This document shows positions 24,947 to 37,796 of a stretch of 64,000 nt of DNA, in pieces. The DNA comes from the human T2T-CHM13v2.0 reference genome, Homo sapiens. Where the stretch lies: assembly GCF_009914755.1 (NCBI RefSeq), contig NC_060936.1; one strand, 5' to 3'. The position numbers were made by a program, and so were the translations under genes. Each line of letters opens with the position of its first letter. The stretch's first letter is position 1. The notes under the pieces are model-generated. The model was not told where the DNA came from and did not search any database. It worked only from the letters and a program-made list of their open reading frames with translations.

Positions 24947-27900
24947 TTGGTCAGGTGGAACAATATACCAGCTAGCAGGGATCTTTTGATCTCCTGAGAG
25001 ACACTTTGCTAAGTGTGATTAATGCTTTAACAGATGTAGTCCAGAAGATACGTTTCTTAACACTTCCTGGGGCAGCTGAGGAATATTACACTGCAGAGAT
25101 GTTGTTTAGTTGAACCTTGAAGGATGAGACAGAGTTTCCCCTTGAAAGGAGGCATTTTAGGTGAAATAAGCAGTATGTTAAAAGGAACAGAGGAATGCAA
25201 CAATATGACCCATTTGGAGGAAAGAAACTAGGTGTGATTGGAAGGAAGAATCATGAAAGATCAGGGTAGATACTGGTGGGGCAGCTATTAAAGGAGTTTG
25301 AGCAGGGGCATGACATCTTCACATTGAAAGCAATATGGGAGTCGAATTAAATTTAGTACCCAGTTGAGATAAAAGTCCATTGCCATATTCACAGTGAGGT
25401 GGGACAAAAGCAGAGTCAGAGAGATTAAGAGGCTGGGAAAGATTGAAGTGATTTTTAGGAATCAGAATCCACATCAGTTGATGACAAGTACAGAAGGGCA
25501 CAATAGCAAGAAGAAGAAGTAAATGATAATTCCTAGATGCCATTAGTCACAATCAAGTACGGAAGAGACATTATTGACTGAGGTTGAATCAGGGCAGAGA
25601 AGATAATATACCTGATTTTGGAAGTGTTGCATGTAAGGGGGCTTCGATTTCAGCTACTTACATACTTGGGAATCTTTACAAAAGCAGGAAGGCTGAAGCC
25701 ACAGATGTGGATGTAATTACTAAAAGTAGAAGAGGTAGAGTGAAAAGGGACATGGGATGAAGCAAAAGCAACATTTGAGACTGTCCAAAGAATACAGGTA
25801 TATTCCCTTACTGCAGTAGTCAAAGTCCACAAGACCCTGAATAGGCCTAGTCCGTCTTAACTAGTCTGAGGGCTATCAGCCATACATCCGGTACATAAGC
25901 ATATATTCCTTGGTTTAAATAATTAAAATAATATATTATCATCCTCTAAGATGCATGAGACTGCCAGAATGACCTGTTAGCCAGAGGTCATTGATATCAT
26001 CTATCCACAAGAGATTAAACCTCTGAGGTATTAGAAAGCAGTTTTTGGAGGGCCTATAGAAACACATGTTTCCCTTTTCTTATGACTCCCTATAGCAGCT
26101 GGTATCACTATAAAATACTGTGTAATCTTTGAAAGTCCCTCTAGAAAAACCAACACGCTCACAAACTAAAGCTAAGATTTTGTCAAATGAGGCCTTACCC
26201 AGCTTTATTCAAGAAATAAGCAGTCCTATTGACCTCTGGAAAATGACCTATTTGTCTTCTCCTCCAAGGAATAGTAGTAAAACTATAACAACTGTACATT
26301 TATATTTAATAATGATAGAAAATTTAAACTTTCAAGTATCCTGCTTAGAGATGGAAAGCCAGGACTCCCAAAGCAACACTGCTTGTTCCTAACTAGGGAA
26401 AAGCTTAGTTTCTTCGCCTTCTTTAGTGTGAAACAAGAGCCCATTTCGGGTGTGTGCATGTGAGCATGCATATTACTCACACATACACATTTACCTGAAA
26501 TCTACCAGACATTGCATGGTCTTTTAAAAACTTGTTTTGTTCTCCTGAAATGTTTTCTATTTTGTTTTCTCCTAGTCTCTCTGGGCTTATGTTTTATCTC
26601 AGCCACCATTTAATGAGTTTCTATGCTGTTCAAAACCATAGAAGTTTCACATTCTTCATTTCATTTTATTTTTCAATATTTATATGAATGAGATGTTAAC
26701 ATCCACTTTTATACACGAATCTCCCTCTGCAAAAGGCTCAACAACTTGCCCAAAGTAAGTCTTTCTGACACTAAAGCCATCACTTCTTCCACGACACTGT
26801 CATCTCCAAATGAGCTGGGGAGAAAGTGGCCCCTAATAATTCTAAGTTACCTTGAACCTCTTTATTCCAGAATTCATCATCTACTAACAAAATTTTTTGT
26901 ATGTAAATAATAAAACTAGAAATGAAAAATCTCAAAGTATTAGCAACAAGAGCCCAATAAGTATGAAACACCCAGCAACAGAAACTATTTATATTGGCTA
27001 GATCTAAATTTGTCTATGTCAGTTAATATTATTTATGTTACCTCATCTCAAAGGGTATACTAGAATTTCAAGTTATAAAGATGTGGTTTCAATTAAATAT
27101 ATTAAAGTAGTTCTCAAAACAGTTATTTTACAGTGTCCAGTTATTCACTAAGAAAAAAACATTTAATGTTCTGGTTAGTGGTGACTTAGTACGATGTTTC
27201 CATCCTTGGGCTCTTGGCCCCAGTCCAATCATAAACATGTTGTACCCTGCTGTGGTACAACAGGAGAAAACCACGTGTTAGCAGAGGCTCCTATCAGGAC
27301 CTTTGAGGAACTGAATCTCTTTGTGAATAAGCAGCTCCTAAGAAAGATCTGATCTAAGCATAACATGATCTGAAAATTTTTGCCTCTCCACGTGCCATTT
27401 TAGAACCTGTGAACAGCACACTACACAGATTGGTAGCAGAGCAACTTCAACTGGTCCAATGTATGAGTATCGACTTTTTATCCTTTAGAGCTTTACTGCT
27501 GCCACTCAAGGGCAAATTGGGAAATAATTCCAAAAAATGCAGCCAATGGTAATTTTCTACATTGTAAGCACAGGAAAGGAGGAAATAAAAGAAAAGATAA
27601 ATAGGTTACCTTAGTGCTATCCTTAGTAACTCTGTTCAATCTTGGCAATGACAAACCTATATAAACTTTAACTAAATAAAGGCAATGCAGCCAGAAGGTG
27701 AATTTTGCTACTTGGCTTACAGTCCTGATCCTGAGAAAACTGTTAATTCCCCTGATGTCACTAAATACTCCCTACAATTAATTACTCCCTCAACTAATAC
27801 ATTGAGAAATGTATTAATTCAAAAAATCCATTTTCCACATAAAAGAGAAGCTTTAGCACAATAACGTTTTGTCTAAACATTATTTATTCATTGCCACTGA

Positions 27901-28649
27901 GAGTTTTAAAACAATGCAATTTGGAATAAACATATGCCTGGTTAATGTTATCCTTTAGAGAGAAATAAAAATTAATAATTTAAAACCACATAGTTGTAAG
28001 GCATCTGGTTTGATAGAAATGTACTCTTGAGGTAGAACAGTGAACAATTACTCAAAAATCAGAAATATTGGAGGAATCACAACTTCTCAGATGGTTAAAG
28101 TAGTCTATCTGTAAATACAAAGTAGGGTTTTTAATCCTTAAATAGCTTGTCATTTCTAACAATGTGAAGAATATATTGATAAATATCTTTAAAAGAATGA
28201 GTTTTTTTTTTTAACTTCTGTGTCTGTGTTAAAAACAAACACTGGTATACTTTGAAATAAATTGTCAGTAATGTACTGTGTGATTTTATAAAAATAGCAT
28301 AGACACTAATTCCTAATTATGACAGTGACTGGCTTACTGGATTCAATTGGAGATTAATCTAGTTCACATTTTTCAAAGCACAGCACTAATACTCTGTACT
28401 CCTAATCCGGATCCTCTAAATTAGAATCCCAGGGGAAGCATTTCCATTCAACATTCCAGGTAATCGTAGGCATGCTAAAGCTTTAGAATCACAGTAAACA
28501 TATTTTGCCATAGAAATTTCTGAAGATTTGTCAAATTATTTAACACTTGATTAAATAATTGTACATGTTCTTTGAACTTTAAAGTAATAGAGTAATATAT
28601 TATTCATACGTTATATATAAGCATATTCAAAAATAGATGTATGTTAAAT

Positions 28650-28900
28650 AATAATAACGAACATTTGGAGTGCTTCTTTGGAGGTATTGTTTTAAGGAGG
28701 AGTTCGTTAATATTATTTTGTTGAGTACTCACAGCAACTGTACGAAGTATTATGTTTATCGCCCATTTTATGATGAGGAAAAGAGGTAACTAATTTGAAT
28801 AAATTGCCTGAGGTCACACACCTAGCAAGTGGCAGAGCCAACTTTGGACTCATGCAATCTAGCTCCCAAACCTCGTCTTAACCACCAGGTCATACTATAT
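28650..28900 (-). mobile_element. MIR
   Basis: CCCATTTTATGATGAGGAAA..AAATTGCCTGAGGTCACACA.CTAG.AAGTGGCAGAGCCA..TCTTAACCAC. Confidence 0.8.
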
Positions 28901-29677
28901 CTTAAAGGTTTTTCAGTGAAAACTGGTCTGCTAAGAAGTCATAATAATAGGAAATGCTTTTAACACATTATTAGTTGAACAAGAGGAACCAAGGTAAGGA
29001 GGAGAGAGGAGAGGAAGGAAAAGAAGGAAAGGAGGAGGAGGAGAGAAAGGATCTTACAAAACAATATAGACACAACTGTTTTGCAGTGAAAATATACATA
29101 GAAAAAAAAGACTAAAAAGGTATAAACCAAAATACTTATTATCAGATGATGGGGTGGCAGTAATTTACTGTGTTTTCTCTATTTTCCAAATTCCCTATAA
29201 TAAGAGAATGAATGATCATGTATTGCTCTTATAGTCAGAAAACAATAAATGAGTCATTTTACAGGCTGATTACATATGTCTTAGTTGACCTGTTTCGTAA
29301 ATATAGGAATTGATTTAGATTTTTAATTATACTTATTACTTAGCTACCTTTAGAACACATAAATGTATAATAACTGTTTTTTAAAAACTTTGAAGAATGG
29401 TTTAATCCTTATATGTAAATTCTATATTTTTATATTATGTTTAGGTGCTCTGTGAAGAAAAAAATGCAAACCACATTGTGGCTTTAAAATAAGTATGTTA
29501 TTTCTACCTCACTGCAATGGAAAACATTCCAATCTTATTTTGTTCTCCAATATTATATACATAATGAAATAAATAAGATTATTTATCAATACATTTTATT
29601 TTACATTTGTTTTATTATTCTGATCAGAATTTATTTTGTTAGAATTCAGAAAAACTGTACCTTAAAATGTAAGGTAA

Positions 29678-30179
29678 GAACAGATATTTGCACACTGGTG
29701 TTCATAGTACCACTATTCACAAGCATCATTCACAAGCCAAATAATTCATAGCACTATTCACAAGTACCACTTATCAGTGGATAAGTGAATAAACAAAATG
29801 TGGTATAACCGTACAATGGAATATTTTTCAGACTTAAAAAGGAACAAATTTCTGACACATGTTACAAAATGGATGAACCTTGGAGACATTATGCTAAGTG
29901 AAATAATCCAGTCACAAAAGAACAAATATTGTATGATTTCACTTATATGAAGTGACTAGAGTTGTCAAATTCATAGAGACAGAAAGTAGAGTGCTGAAGG
30001 AAGGGAAGAATGGAGAGTCAGAGTATACAAGGTACAAAGTTTTAGAGAAGGTGAAAAGTTCTGAAGATGGAGAGTGGTGTTGGTTGTACAATGTGAATGT
30101 AGTTAATGGCAAAGAACTGTCCACTTAAAATGGTTAAAATAGTCAAGTTTGTGTTATATATAAATTTCCTCAATAAATA
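29678..30179 (+). mobile_element. L1MB-type 3' end
   Basis: AAACAAAATGTGGTATA..ATGGATGAACCTTGGAGACATTATGCTAAGTGAAATAA..GTCAAATTCATAGAGACAGAAAGTAGA..CACTTAAAATGGTTAAAAT. Confidence 0.9.
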
Positions 30180-30490
30180 AGCTTGGTGTGGTGGCTTATA
30201 CATGTAATCTTAGCACTTTGCAAAGTTGAGGTGTAGAAACCACTTGAGAAGAGCCTGGGCAACATGGCAAAAACCCCATCTCTACAAAAAGTAAAAAAAT
30301 TAGCCAGGCATGGTGATGCATGCCTGTAGTCCCAGCTACTCGAGGGCTGAGGCCAGAGGATCACTTGAGCCTGACAGGTCGAGGCTGCAATGAGCTATGA
30401 TCATGCCACTGCATTCCAGCCTAGGTGACAGAGTGAAACACTTCCTCAAATAATAAGTAAAATTGAAATAAATTAATTAATAAAATAAAA
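30180..30490 (+). mobile_element. AluJ inserted in the L1MB tail
   Basis: Diverged Alu dimer with J-type GAGGATCACTTGAGCC..GAGGCTGCAATGAGCTATGATC. Confidence 0.9.
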
Positions 30491-30779
30491 GATATTAAAT
30501 AGTATTTTTTCATTTGTTATTGCGTTCAAGACAGATCACATTCTCAAAATCTTAAAATTACCTATTCATAAGGGTTGTACTCCTAAAGATGCTTTAATAG
30601 ACATCTTTTTTAGAAACCTTGCATTTATCGCCTCCTAGTTGGTCTTTGATCATAATATATCCCTGCTTATTGAACTCCTCCTGTGGGTATCATTCACATT
30701 ATAAATAAAATCCAAATTCTGCAAAAAATGCTTTATAATATTGATTTCTGTGCATAGAAATATACCTACACATATGTCC

Positions 30780-30797
30780 CCTCTCCCTCTCTTTCCT

Positions 30798-30830
<33 letters not shown>

Positions 30831-30832
30831 GT
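30780..30832. repeat. (CT)n-rich microsatellite
   Basis: Direct read. Confidence 0.9.
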
Positions 30833-30879
30833 CCTTCCTACAGCTGCACAGGCTTCTTGCTGTTCCTGGTACATACCAA

Positions 30880-31250
30880 CTTTTTAACTTTGACAAAGAC
30901 ATGACACTCAATACTTCCACCCCTGGAAAGCTTCCCCTAGACTTCTGTTGTTCCTTTTCAGCAAGGTCATTCCTAAGGGCCCCATCCAAAACAGTGCTGC
31001 TTCTAAGATGCAGCCACTCTACGCTTTAGCCTTCTCTCTGTGTTTCCTCCTTAGCACTTCAATAACTAAAATGCTGTATGGTTCACTTGTGTGTTTTCTT
31101 TCTTTCTGTAGTGGAATGTGAGCACCAGGACAGCACACATCTCAACTGTCTTGTTACCACTGTATCTCCAGTGTCACAGCACTTAGCACAGTGCCTGGTA
31201 CAAAGTAAATACTCAGCAAATACTGCGTGTGCAACTGTTTGTATAAACAT
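30880..31250 (+). mobile_element. L2 3' fragment
   Basis: GAATGTGAGCACCAGGACAGCA..CACTGTATCTCCAGTG..AGCACAGTGCCTGGTACAAAGTAAATACTCAGCAAATAC. Confidence 0.75.
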
Positions 31251-31469
31251 ATTCGAAATACCTCATTGGCTGTCATTGATATTTGTGGTATAGATAAAAT
31301 GAGATTGAGGTTTGCAGTAGTAAGGATGAGCCATTTCTGAATCAACAAATTTTAAGTAGGTGGTCATTTGTTCTCTGAGATAATATCCTGATTTTAGGTA
31401 ATAGAATTTCATAAAATGGACCCAACTTTTTTCTCCACTGAGAAATAATTTGAATATGAGCATTTGTCA

Positions 31470-31670
31470 TGTATTTTCTTAAATGCTTTACATTCATTGT
31501 AGCATTTCATCCTCACAACACTATAAGGTAAATATTATTATTGCCATTTTACAGATACAGAAACTGAGGTACACAGAGCCATTTACCCCAGGTCAAGTAA
31601 GTATTCAAATTGGATTTCATTATTAGCAATGATTCCCAAGCTAATGCCTTTAAGCAGTATTGACTGTGGC
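31470..31670 (-). mobile_element. MIR
   Basis: ATCCTCACAACA..ATTATTATTGCCATTTTACAGATACAGAAACTGAGG.ACAGAG. Confidence 0.8.
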
Positions 31671-33639
31671 TTTCCCTAAACACAGATAAGTTTTACTTAT
31701 CGTGGCAATTTTGTATTACCTATTACATTTAAAATGTGTGCTCATTCAAAAAAGTGAAGACATGAATATTCAAATAAGAAAATAATATAAAAATCATCCC
31801 TAATCCTTTAATTAGACATTACCACTTTTAAAATAAATTTTCCTTATCTTTGGGCTTTGCATAGACAACTTAAAATAAATAAAAGTGAAAGAGGAATGAA
31901 AATAGTGAACTAGTAAAATTCCAGAATAAGCAAAGTCCTAAAAGATATTTTTTTCATTTAACATGTTAAATGTTTTTTTCAATTGTATCCATTCATCTTT
32001 TACTTTATGATATGGAATGAGGAGTGAAAGTTTCCTTACTAAAAATTTTTTTTAAAAAACTGACCTGGCAGATAGTAGGTATATTCTTTTATGTAAGTAA
32101 ATATGAAATTATTTAAAGGGTATTCAAAAAGTTTTAATTGAATAATATAGCATAATATTTCTTCCATAAAATAAAAATATTTTAAGTAGTTATAATATTA
32201 GATTCATAGTGGCTTCTAATATTTTTAGGGAAATAAGAATGATGTGACCTCTTAGTGTCCAACTCAACTTCCCTGGTTAAACTGTATCTGTGATAATTAA
32301 CCATATTTTGAACAGATTTACTCTGAGCAGGCATTTTTCATATGTGTGAAAATGAGCCATAAGAGCTTCAACAGATAATGCCAGAGGATGGGGCTCTCTT
32401 AAGAATATGTACTTACCCACACCAGCAGTGCAACCTTACCCTTGGGTCTGTAAATTTCACTTGATAGATATTCCACATGCATACTGTAAGAACATAAGGC
32501 AGGAAATATAGAAAAATTGAATGCTCCCACAGTGACAAATAGTAAAATTATACTAAAAATAGCTGCACAGGGATTGTTTTACAGTATTATTATATGCTGT
32601 TGTCACTGGAAAATAGTGTTTTTCTTGCAATACATTGCAATGTTATATGATATGTTATTATAAAAAAATTATGTTGACATCATTCAATGGAGTCAATTTT
32701 TTTTTTTTTTGTAATTTGGTCTACTCTATCAGACAACACTCATCTCAATGTGTCCTTCAAAATACAGAGTTCTTTTTTCAAATTTAATAGAGATTTAGTG
32801 AAAACTGTAGAAAGTATATAAATAAGGATTTCTGTTGCTTACAAAACTGAATAAAAGATCATACCTCTCTTTAGGGAACTTACAAATTAGGAGGGAGAGG
32901 GATTTTTAAAAACACAGTACATGATATATATATACAATACATATATAGCATGTTCCCTAATCGCTACAAAATCCTAAGGCAATTTAGAGAAAAAAGTGAC
33001 CATAAAAATTATGATTAGGAAATAATGGGGAGATGCATAAGTCCTGATGTTTCATCAGGATAATGGCTTTAATTTGGATCCTGAAGTATTAGTAGGCTAT
33101 TAATAGGCAAGGATCTCTTTATTCCTTACACACATATTAATTTAGCATCATACTATGAACTTGTCCAAGGGCTAGACAGATCAATTGAACAGCACTAAGT
33201 AAACCCTACTCTAAAGGCTTCTGGTAAACGAATACTAGATAAATTAGGTAAGTTCAGATACTGATAAATTCTATTACAATAATAAGATAGGATAATAGCA
33301 AGTTGCTTGAAAGAGTAAGTTGCAAGCAAACTTGAAAGTTGTTTGAAAGAGGAGAGAATGGGGCCTTTTTGTGAGGTAGGGCTTTCTGGAAACACAGTAT
33401 CTGAATAAATATTAAAAGCCAATCTCAAATAGAGCATTTCAGAAAAAGGAAATAGATTTATTAGAGATTCCGAGATTGAAACAATATTGGTCATGAGTTC
33501 AAGAAACAATAACTAGAACAAAACGGCGGTGGGACAGAATGAGGTCAGATTAGAGAGGTAGACACAGATCATACTGTGCAGGATCAAGGAGATATTCAAG
33601 ACAGAAAGAACAGCTAGAGCCAAAATACAATTCAAAACA

Positions 33640-33880
33640 CATAGAGCACAATGGTTGAACATAGGTGGCTATTGGGATCAAATGGCTTGGCTTCAAATTC
33701 TAGCTCTTCCACCTCCTGTTTGTTTAGCGTTGACCACATTATCTATTTTTTCGAGCTTCAGCCTTCTCATTTTTAATGCAAAAATAATGATGATGCCCAG
33801 CTTCCCATGTGTGATGAGTACTTCTTGGTATGATGCATGTACAGGGCTTAGCAACGTGTCCAGCACTAACAAAGTAACCA
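33640..33880 (+). mobile_element. MIR
   Basis: GGTTGAAC..CTTCAAATTCTAGCTCTTCCAC..GAGCTTCAGCCTTCTCATTTTTAATGC. Confidence 0.65.
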
Positions 33881-34140
33881 TTCTAGAGTATTTTGAAGAA
33901 CAGAATTGAGTCCAGTTTAATTGTTACATATAAGGAAGAGTAATGGAAAATGAGTCTACAAATAAAACAGGAACTAGAGTTAAGCAGAATATGAAACATC
34001 AGACTATTTCATAATCAGGAGAAAATCCTTGCACTCCTTTAAGCAGGGAAGTGATGTGTCAGCAGTAAACTTTGGGTAGATTAATATAGCAATTGTTGAC
34101 AAAGTATTTTGGATATTGGAGATAAGAAAATAAGCAGTTT

Positions 34141-34529
<389 letters not shown>

Positions 34530-35699
34530 CTAAATGAATGAGTACAATCTCAGGAGCCTGAGAGAATATATAATTGAAATACAGATGGTGGGGAAGGAAC
34601 CAGTTTGAGTCAGAAGAAATTGAGTGAACTGTAGACCTGCTGCTCTGAGATTCCTGCAGCTATCCAGCAAGCAGTTGGAAATGCAAAAGTAAACTAAGGG
34701 GAAAAGTACTGGCTGGAAATGTAGGCTAACATTCAGATTTTAGCTGCAGCTTTCAGATTGCCGGTTGGATTGTCAAGAGAAAAGAATGAAGATAAAAGAG
34801 CAGAATACTAAGGATATAACCCTAAGGTCCAAGTATAGTTCACTAACAAGACTAGAAGAATGAGTTTATGAATGAGATAGGCGAGTGATCCACATGGTCA
34901 AAGGAAAGCCAGAAGAACAGGGATCATATTCTACATGTCAATTGCTGGATATAAATGATACCTAAATAATGAATTTAAACATTTTAACTCAGATATTCAG
35001 TTTATGGCATGGCAAACAACTGATTTAAAAATTGTTTATAATGCTTTTTTTTTTTTTTGCTCATAATGAAAATGATGTAAAAATTCCTGAACTCTGTGTG
35101 TTTTTCCTGTATATATCTAATTTACTTACAAAACTCTCATAGGGAACTTTTTTTTAATGTTCCATTTTTAAAGCCTAGAATAACTTCCTAAGGAAAGTGT
35201 GAAATATTCAGACCCATAATAGCTTCCTAGAAAGTAGTTCTTACTTTCCATATGAAAAAAAAAAAATTCTTTGACATAATAGCTAAAGGTGATGAAATTG
35301 TTTCTTCTTTAAATGACTCTAGTCTTATGGTGGCATTTAGAAATGCATCTTAAGTGAGGGGTTATCACAAAGTCTTTTTTATCTGCTAGTTTTTCCTCTA
35401 CTTTACCTTTAATCATAGTAGGAACAAAGTATAAACAAAATCAGCAAATATAAATAAAAATTGTATACATTGTTCTATTTTATTTGTTATCCAACATATG
35501 TCTCACTTTGCATTGTGTAGACCAGAATTCGGGTTCATAGAAAAAATTCTTTCTTCAAATGAGCATGCTTATCTATATAAATAAAATTATAAATGGAATT
35601 AAGAAATAATAAAACTTATGTAAGGTATTTAATTACTATGACCAACTATATATTAATAAACTTGCAAATATCAGTGAAATAAATATCTCAAAAGCTAGA

Positions 35700-36620
35700 A
35701 ATGATCAAAATTAACTCAAGACATATAAAACATAAAGAGTTCAATAAACCAGGAATAAATTTTATTTTTTATCCAAGAACTTTAGGGCCAGAGAGTTTAC
35801 TAATGTTATTTTGAAATTCAAGTAATAACTTGATATAGTGTTTGTATAATATAAAGTGTAATGGTTATCTATTATTGTTCCTGATGATTACAAAATTTGA
35901 TCAGCAATTTGATCAACAGCATGAAAAAATGTAGTACAATGATGCAACTATTAACATAGATGAATACAAAAGTATAAAATATATACCAACAAGGTATTTC
36001 CAATAATACATTAATGTATTGATGACATAAGATAGGTTTGTTCCAGAAGTTTAAAAAATGTTGTCAATGAATTTGATAAAGTTTAATATTCACATTAAAA
36101 GTATTACCGTTAAAACCAAAATATAGCATACTTATTCTCTCCATTATTTTGGAATAAGAAAAAATTATTCTTTGCAGAGCTCATGCTTATATGCATAGAA
36201 TACCCCAGAGAGTTATCTGAAAACTGTCAGACATTATTCTTAAAGACTTTAGCTACAAGAATTTAGATACAATATAAATAGCCTAAAAACCAGTAACTTG
36301 ATGTTGTATCACTGATGACTGCTTACAAGATGGAAATAATTTATTATCAATTAAGAAAAAAGCTAAAACATACCCAGAAACAATCCTAACAAATCTGTGG
36401 GAACTTTACCAATAAAACTATAAAGCTTCATTTAAAAAACAAAAAACTAAATAAACAGAGAGATGTACTAGATGGGCTACTGGATGGAAACAAATATTGT
36501 AAAAATATAAATTCTAAATTTAGAGATTTAATGCAATCTTCAGCAAATTACTAGAATATTGTTAAGAACTTAACATAATCATAAAGTACATTTGGAACAA
36601 TCAAAGTAGAAAGACAGCTA
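35700..36620 (+). mobile_element. Ancient L1M ORF2 remnant
   Basis: Degraded ORF2 motifs (GAATTTGATAAAGTT, AAAACTATAAAGC..CTAAATAAA..GAGATGTAC..GGATGGAAA..AATATTGTAAAAAT..AGATTTAATGCAATC). Confidence 0.6.
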
Positions 36621-37482
36621 CAATTAAATGACATTACTTTTTTTTAATACAAGAAAAAAGAGCAAAGATGAAGATATGCACCAAGCTGATAACAATATAA
36701 TCTCTTGGGGGTGGAATTAAAAGGGTTTGATGGAGGGGTGAGGCTATTTCTTTTTTTCTATATTTCTTTAGTGGGAGTGATTTTTACTTTCTTCTGACTG
36801 TATTTTTTTAAAAAGTTGTTAAAGCAATAAAAGCTGAAAATCTAGGGAAATATTTACATCCAATATAACAAATGTTTAATATCTTTAATATGTAAACATA
36901 TGTATCACTTATAATAAAAGTATTCTAATAGAAAATTTTATAAATATTATCAGGTAATTGGCACTGAAAATAAGAAATTAAAAATTCAATATAACAAAAA
37001 CATTTTAAAAATAGAGAAAGCTTTTTTATCTCTGTAATTTTGTGATTTAAATGTTAAGACTGATAAGGATACAGTGAGAGAGACCCTCCCATGCCCCTTG
37101 GATAGGAATGCAAAAGGGGAAATGAAAATCTCTGATTGCTGAATCATAATGCATTTTTACTTTCCTTCTCATACATTTGTGGATTTTAAAAAATTCTATA
37201 ATACTACACATTATTTCTATATTAAGGAAAATAAAAAGTATTTCAAATTCAAGAAAGTTATGTTTTATGTAAATGCAGCAAGCTAGAACTTTTAAATATA
37301 GTACTTCTTTAAAACACTGCTTTTTAAAATTTATTTATGAGTACTGAACATGGTTATGGTCTCAATTTCTCTCCCCAGTAAGTTCATGCCTAACATTTTA
37401 GTCCTTGAAATGGAAATACACAATGTCTTCTCATAAGGATAGTAGATGGTATATATAGTAATAACTATCATAACATTAGTAA

Positions 37483-37796
37483 CGTTGCGGGAACTTTTCC
37501 TTAGTTCAGCTAAAGATGGGTGTCCACAAGAAATTAGGCTTGCAGACAATTTGAAGCATGAGGAGGGCAGGGTTCAAGGAAAAGAGGGAAAACAGGGACT
37601 CTCCACAAGGCCAGGGGCCCTGCTAGGGTGCTTCCAGCCTGGCAGATTGAATCCCAGGTTCTACTCAGGAAGAGGAGGGCCAGGCTCCTCCCTGCTGCAA
37701 ACAGCACAAACTTTTATGGCTCCAACCCAGTGCGCACTCCTCCCAATGTTCAGGCCAGTTGGAGGCTCTGCCAGGGAGCCCTTCCCACCTGTCTCA
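37483..37796 (-). mobile_element. MER61-family ERV1 solo LTR inserted in a MIR
   Basis: Minus strand TGAGACAGGTGGGAAGGGCTCCCTGG..GCGCACTGGG..TTTGCAGCAGGGAGGAGCCTGGCCCTCCTCTTCCTG..GGGATTCAATCTGC; 4-bp TSD GTAA (37479-37482, 37797-37800). Confidence 0.85.

Noticed and set aside
19405-24963. Similar peptides at 19405-19671 and 24769-24963 (PLWHILR.LFRG.ADT) suggesting paralogous small genes
   Set aside because: Similarity is simply the two LTRs of one provirus
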